A DNA stretch of 60,425 bases, counting the filler, from Basidiobolus meristosporus CBS 931.73 (Eukaryota; Fungi; Basidiobolomycota), in the NCBI GenBank assembly GCA_002104905.1. It is 3 parts of 3 records of this genome, joined end to end, with 100 filler letters (N's around TTAATTAATTAA, not from the genome) between each part and the next. Parts side by side here need not be neighbours in the genome. Positions count along the whole stretch, not along the records: positions 41,663 to 60,425 come from MCFE01001047.1; 2 more parts are not named here. One strand, given 5' to 3'. Every line of letters starts with the position of its first letter. Position 1 is the stretch's first letter. The notes below the pieces were generated by a model that was not told the origin of the DNA, made no database searches, and saw only the letters and a program-made list of their open reading frames with translations. The position numbers were made by a program, and so were the translations under genes. Below, piece by piece: positions 57,430 through 60,425 of this stretch.

Positions 57430-59046
57430 ATGCTGTTTCCTCAGAAATTCCCCACAACAACTATGAGCGAAGAAAAACCCTTCGAAAAGTCTACCCAAGT
57501 GGAGCACATCGATGCTGCACAAGATAATCCTCCCAACTCCGATGACATCAAGCTACGCGTTGCTGGAAAGGTCCCCCTCGCGGCCTGGTTCATCATCATC
57601 ACCGAGCTGTGCGAGCGCTTTGCCTTCTACGGTGCCTCGCTTCTGTTCCAGCCCTACATGCTCAAGGTTCTTGGCTTCAACAAGAGCACTGCCACCGCCG
57701 TGAACAGAGGCTTCCAGTTTCTGGCCTATTGCACCACTATTCTTGGTGCCGTCGTTGCCGACCGCTACATCGGAAAGTTCAAGACCATCGTCATATTCTC
57801 CCTCTTCTACATGGTGGGCTTGGTGTTCCTGGCAGTCAGCTCCCTCCCAGCCTCTCTGGATGGAAGCTTCGGTGTGATCGGCTTCGTGATTGCCCTGTAT
57901 GTCTTCATCTCCTTCGGCACCGGCGGCATCAAGTCCAATGTTTCCTCCTTTGCCGCTGAGCAGATCAAGGAAGGAATCTTCCCGACCAAGACCCCTGGTG
58001 TCTACACCGACTCGCAGCTCACCGTTGAGCGCATCTTCCGCTTCTTCTACTGGGCCATCAACTGTGGCGCCTTGTTGGGCCAGTTCATCTGTCCCATCGT
58101 TGCCAACGACTACGGATCCTATCCCTGGCCTACTCACTGCCAGCGATCATGTTCGTGATTGGCCTCGTGATCTTCGTGTCCGCCAAAAAGCTGTACTATG
58201 TCAAGCCTCCATCCGGCACTGTCCTCTCGAAGACCTACTCCTGCATCAAGTATGCTCTGTCCCATCGCAAGACCCCGTTGGACAATGCCAAGACCAATGG
58301 GCCTATCGAGCACTGGTTGGACTACGCCAAGGTGGATGGCTTTGAGTGGGACGATCAGTTCATCGAGGATCTCAAGAAAACCCTGCGCGCTTGCTTGGTC
58401 TTCCTGTTCTATCCCTTCTACTGGGCTCTGTACTACAACATGTCCGACAACTTCATCAACATGGGACTGACGATGCAAAGACCATCGTTCATCAGTGGTC
58501 CCGAGCAGCTGAACCTGGTCAACAGCCTTGTCCTGGTAGTTGCCATCCCTATCTTTGACACGGCCATCTTCCCATTGCTGAGAAGAATGGGCTGCCGTCT
58601 TGGTCCCATCACACGCATCACCATCGGGTTCACAATTGCCACACTTGCCTTTGTCTATGTCACCGTTCTCCAAGCACAGGTCTACAAGACCGGTCCCTAC
58701 TACAACTTCACCGATTTGAGTGGCCTGCCCGAGGGTGAGCAACCAGTCAACGACATCTCCATCTGGTGGCAAGTGATCCGTTCATTGGAATCTCCATCTC
58801 CGAGATCTTCGCCTCAGTCACCGGTCTGGAGTTTGCCTTCCGACAAGCCGCCCCGAGCTCAAGTCGGTGGTGACCTCTCTTTTCCTGTTCACCAACTGTG
58901 GCGGTAGTCTGATTGGCCTGATCCTTGCAGTGTGGAGCAACGACCCCAACTTTGTGTACGTGTTCGGCATCCAAACCGGACTGATGGGAGTCATGACTGT
59001 CATCTTCTACTGGATCTTCCGGAAGTTTGATGCCATCGAGTGTTGA
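57430..59046 (+). CDS. PTR2: POT/PTR2 transporter copy 2, with three 1-nt deletions in C-runs (assembly error or very young pseudogene)
   Basis: Near-identical to copy 1, including about 150 bp of 5' flank and about 60 bp of 3' flank. C-runs are one base short at 58123-58125, 58778-58779 and 58851-58854. Confidence 0.9.
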
Positions 59047-59641
59047 TAGGAAGTGCCAGAAGGTGTTCACCTGATTGTAACATTAGTATACATAGGATGT
59101 AAATAAAAGCAATAGCGTTTCAATTATTCGTGAGTATTTACTTGGTAATATCGCTGGCATTCAGAATTTCAGGGATGTGCTTTGAATATTTCAGCAGGTA
59201 TGTAGCAGAGTTGAGTGCCAATATATTATATATGTATATTAGATTTCAACATATACCTCTAATAAATAGCTACTTTCCACTGCGTTGCTCAACACGATTG
59301 GGTGGTTTATTTGTTAAATTCTCTGAGCTTTGTAAAACCAAGGATGGTTTTGGTCTACTAGAGAGAAAACTAAAATATAGGATTAATTGATTCCAGGACC
59401 ACAACTTCAATATGGCAATCTCAAGAAATAAGCAGTAATAAGGAACCTCGAAAATTCGGTATAATTTCCGATGATATTGGTCACCTATTTACTTACCATA
59501 AAGATGCTATCGTTCTTGCTTAATTCCCATAAACATTCAACGATTCCTTTCTTACGAAAGGTTTTTACACGCGAAATAAATACGTCTACCATGATAACAG
59601 GGCTTAAGGGCTTATATTTGTAGATCAGTATATCACAACCT

Positions 59642-60104
59642 TTATTTAATCTCTTTCTTCATACAAACACTGTTCGGAGCATTAACATATACCCCCATAT
59701 CTGTCAGTAGGTTCATATCCCTGCTTTGTGTAAAAGTTGATTGCTGCTTGCATGTTCTGGCCAGTTTCCAGTATAATCTCCTTGAAGTTTAATTCTTTGA
59801 TCCAGTTTTCCGGATTCAGCGATTACGGCCGAACAACGCCCAACTTCCTCTTTTCAGGGCGACAAACATTCTTTTTAGTTCGCCTTTTGAGCATCATATG
59901 GTCGGAAACAGACGCAGCCAACGGGCTCCTCATCATCGTATGCCATAACTACTGTGTCTATGTATTCGATAGTATTTAGCTCCACATAGGCATTCGCTCC
60001 TCTCACTTAATATGTCCATCAGCGATGGCTAGATACTCGTCTAAGGCAGCTATCAATTGTTTGAAGCCTTTACCGTTACTGTCTGTTCTCTCGACCCTCA
60101 GCAT
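59642..60104 (-). pseudogene. Bacterial-type GNAT N-acetyltransferase, intronless, about 6 single-base frameshifts
   Basis: Frame-corrected reading MLRVERTDSNGKGFKQLIAALDEYLAIADG..AYVELNTIEYIDTVVMAYDDEEPVGCVCFRPYDAQKAELKRMFV.PEKRKLGV.SAVIAE.ENWIKELNFKEIILETGQNMQAAINFYTKQGYEPTDRYGVYVNAPNSVCMKKEIK. It has the GNAT motif A (KRMFV.P..R..G) and motif B (ILETG...A..FY...GY). Confidence 0.85.
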
Positions 60105-60425
60105 GTTGTGAGTAAAGGACAACAGCAAAGTTTCGGATTTATTAGAATTAATTGCAGATTTCTAATCTTATCACCATATCAAACCGTTCCGCAATTTCAG
60201 TGTTGAACAACTCTAGTTGTCCAATGATATTGGTATTGAGCAAAGCGATCTATTGACTGTGTGACTTTTCATTTCGAGTTGAATTATGCATTGAAATATA
60301 TAGTTTGTTTAACTTCTGGAGCATTAGCAGTCGTGTAGTGAGCCATACTTTCCCATTTCCTGCACATTGGTAACTTCATATTGACACTCTACTATTGAAC
60401 CATCTGATAATCAATAAAACTCAAC

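Noticed and set aside
52607-58772. Long antisense and alternate-frame ORFs over both PTR2 copies (e.g. 52607-53245, 57553-58137, 58134-58772)
   Set aside because: These are shadows of strong C-ending codon bias on the sense strand and have no recognisable domains.
56118-58854. Programmed ribosomal frameshifting in the protease or PTR2
   Set aside because: No slippery heptamers or stimulatory structures. The 1-nt losses in C/G runs, with an intact sister copy, point to sequencing error.

Overview
Eukaryotic, almost certainly fungal, DNA. It has short 54-70 nt GT-AG introns and TTAGGG telomeres. An early-diverging lineage is suspected but cannot be proven from this window. The window is three contigs joined by identical artificial 100-nt spacers (21323-21422 and 41563-41662), so adjacency across those gaps is not evidence. 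Contig 1 (1-21322) is a right-hand subtelomere. It holds a duplicated beta-defensin-like secreted peptide, a second pair of Cys-rich secreted paralogs, an intronless Bacteroidetes-type CoA-disulfide/persulfide reductase-rhodanese-TusA fusion facing a fungal GST, and two tandem 5'-truncated LINE-type RT elements. Each LINE copy is capped by TTAGGG repeats, and the outer one runs into the telomere itself. Contig 2 (21423-41562) is a nest of transposons: copia relics, a full-length self-priming chromovirus (TSD TCTTC), solo LTRs and a complete CACTA element (TSD CAC). Contig 3 (41663-60425) has decayed NB-ARC-like genes, more TE relics including a third telomere-flanked LINE fragment, two tandem PTR2 peptide transporters bracketing a polyporopepsin-like aspartic protease, and a frameshifted bacterial-type GNAT acetyltransferase that the ORF track misses. 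The most striking candidate novel systems are the telomere-associated LINE array and the bacterial persulfide-reductase fusion. All family assignments come from motif recognition by eye, not from database searches.
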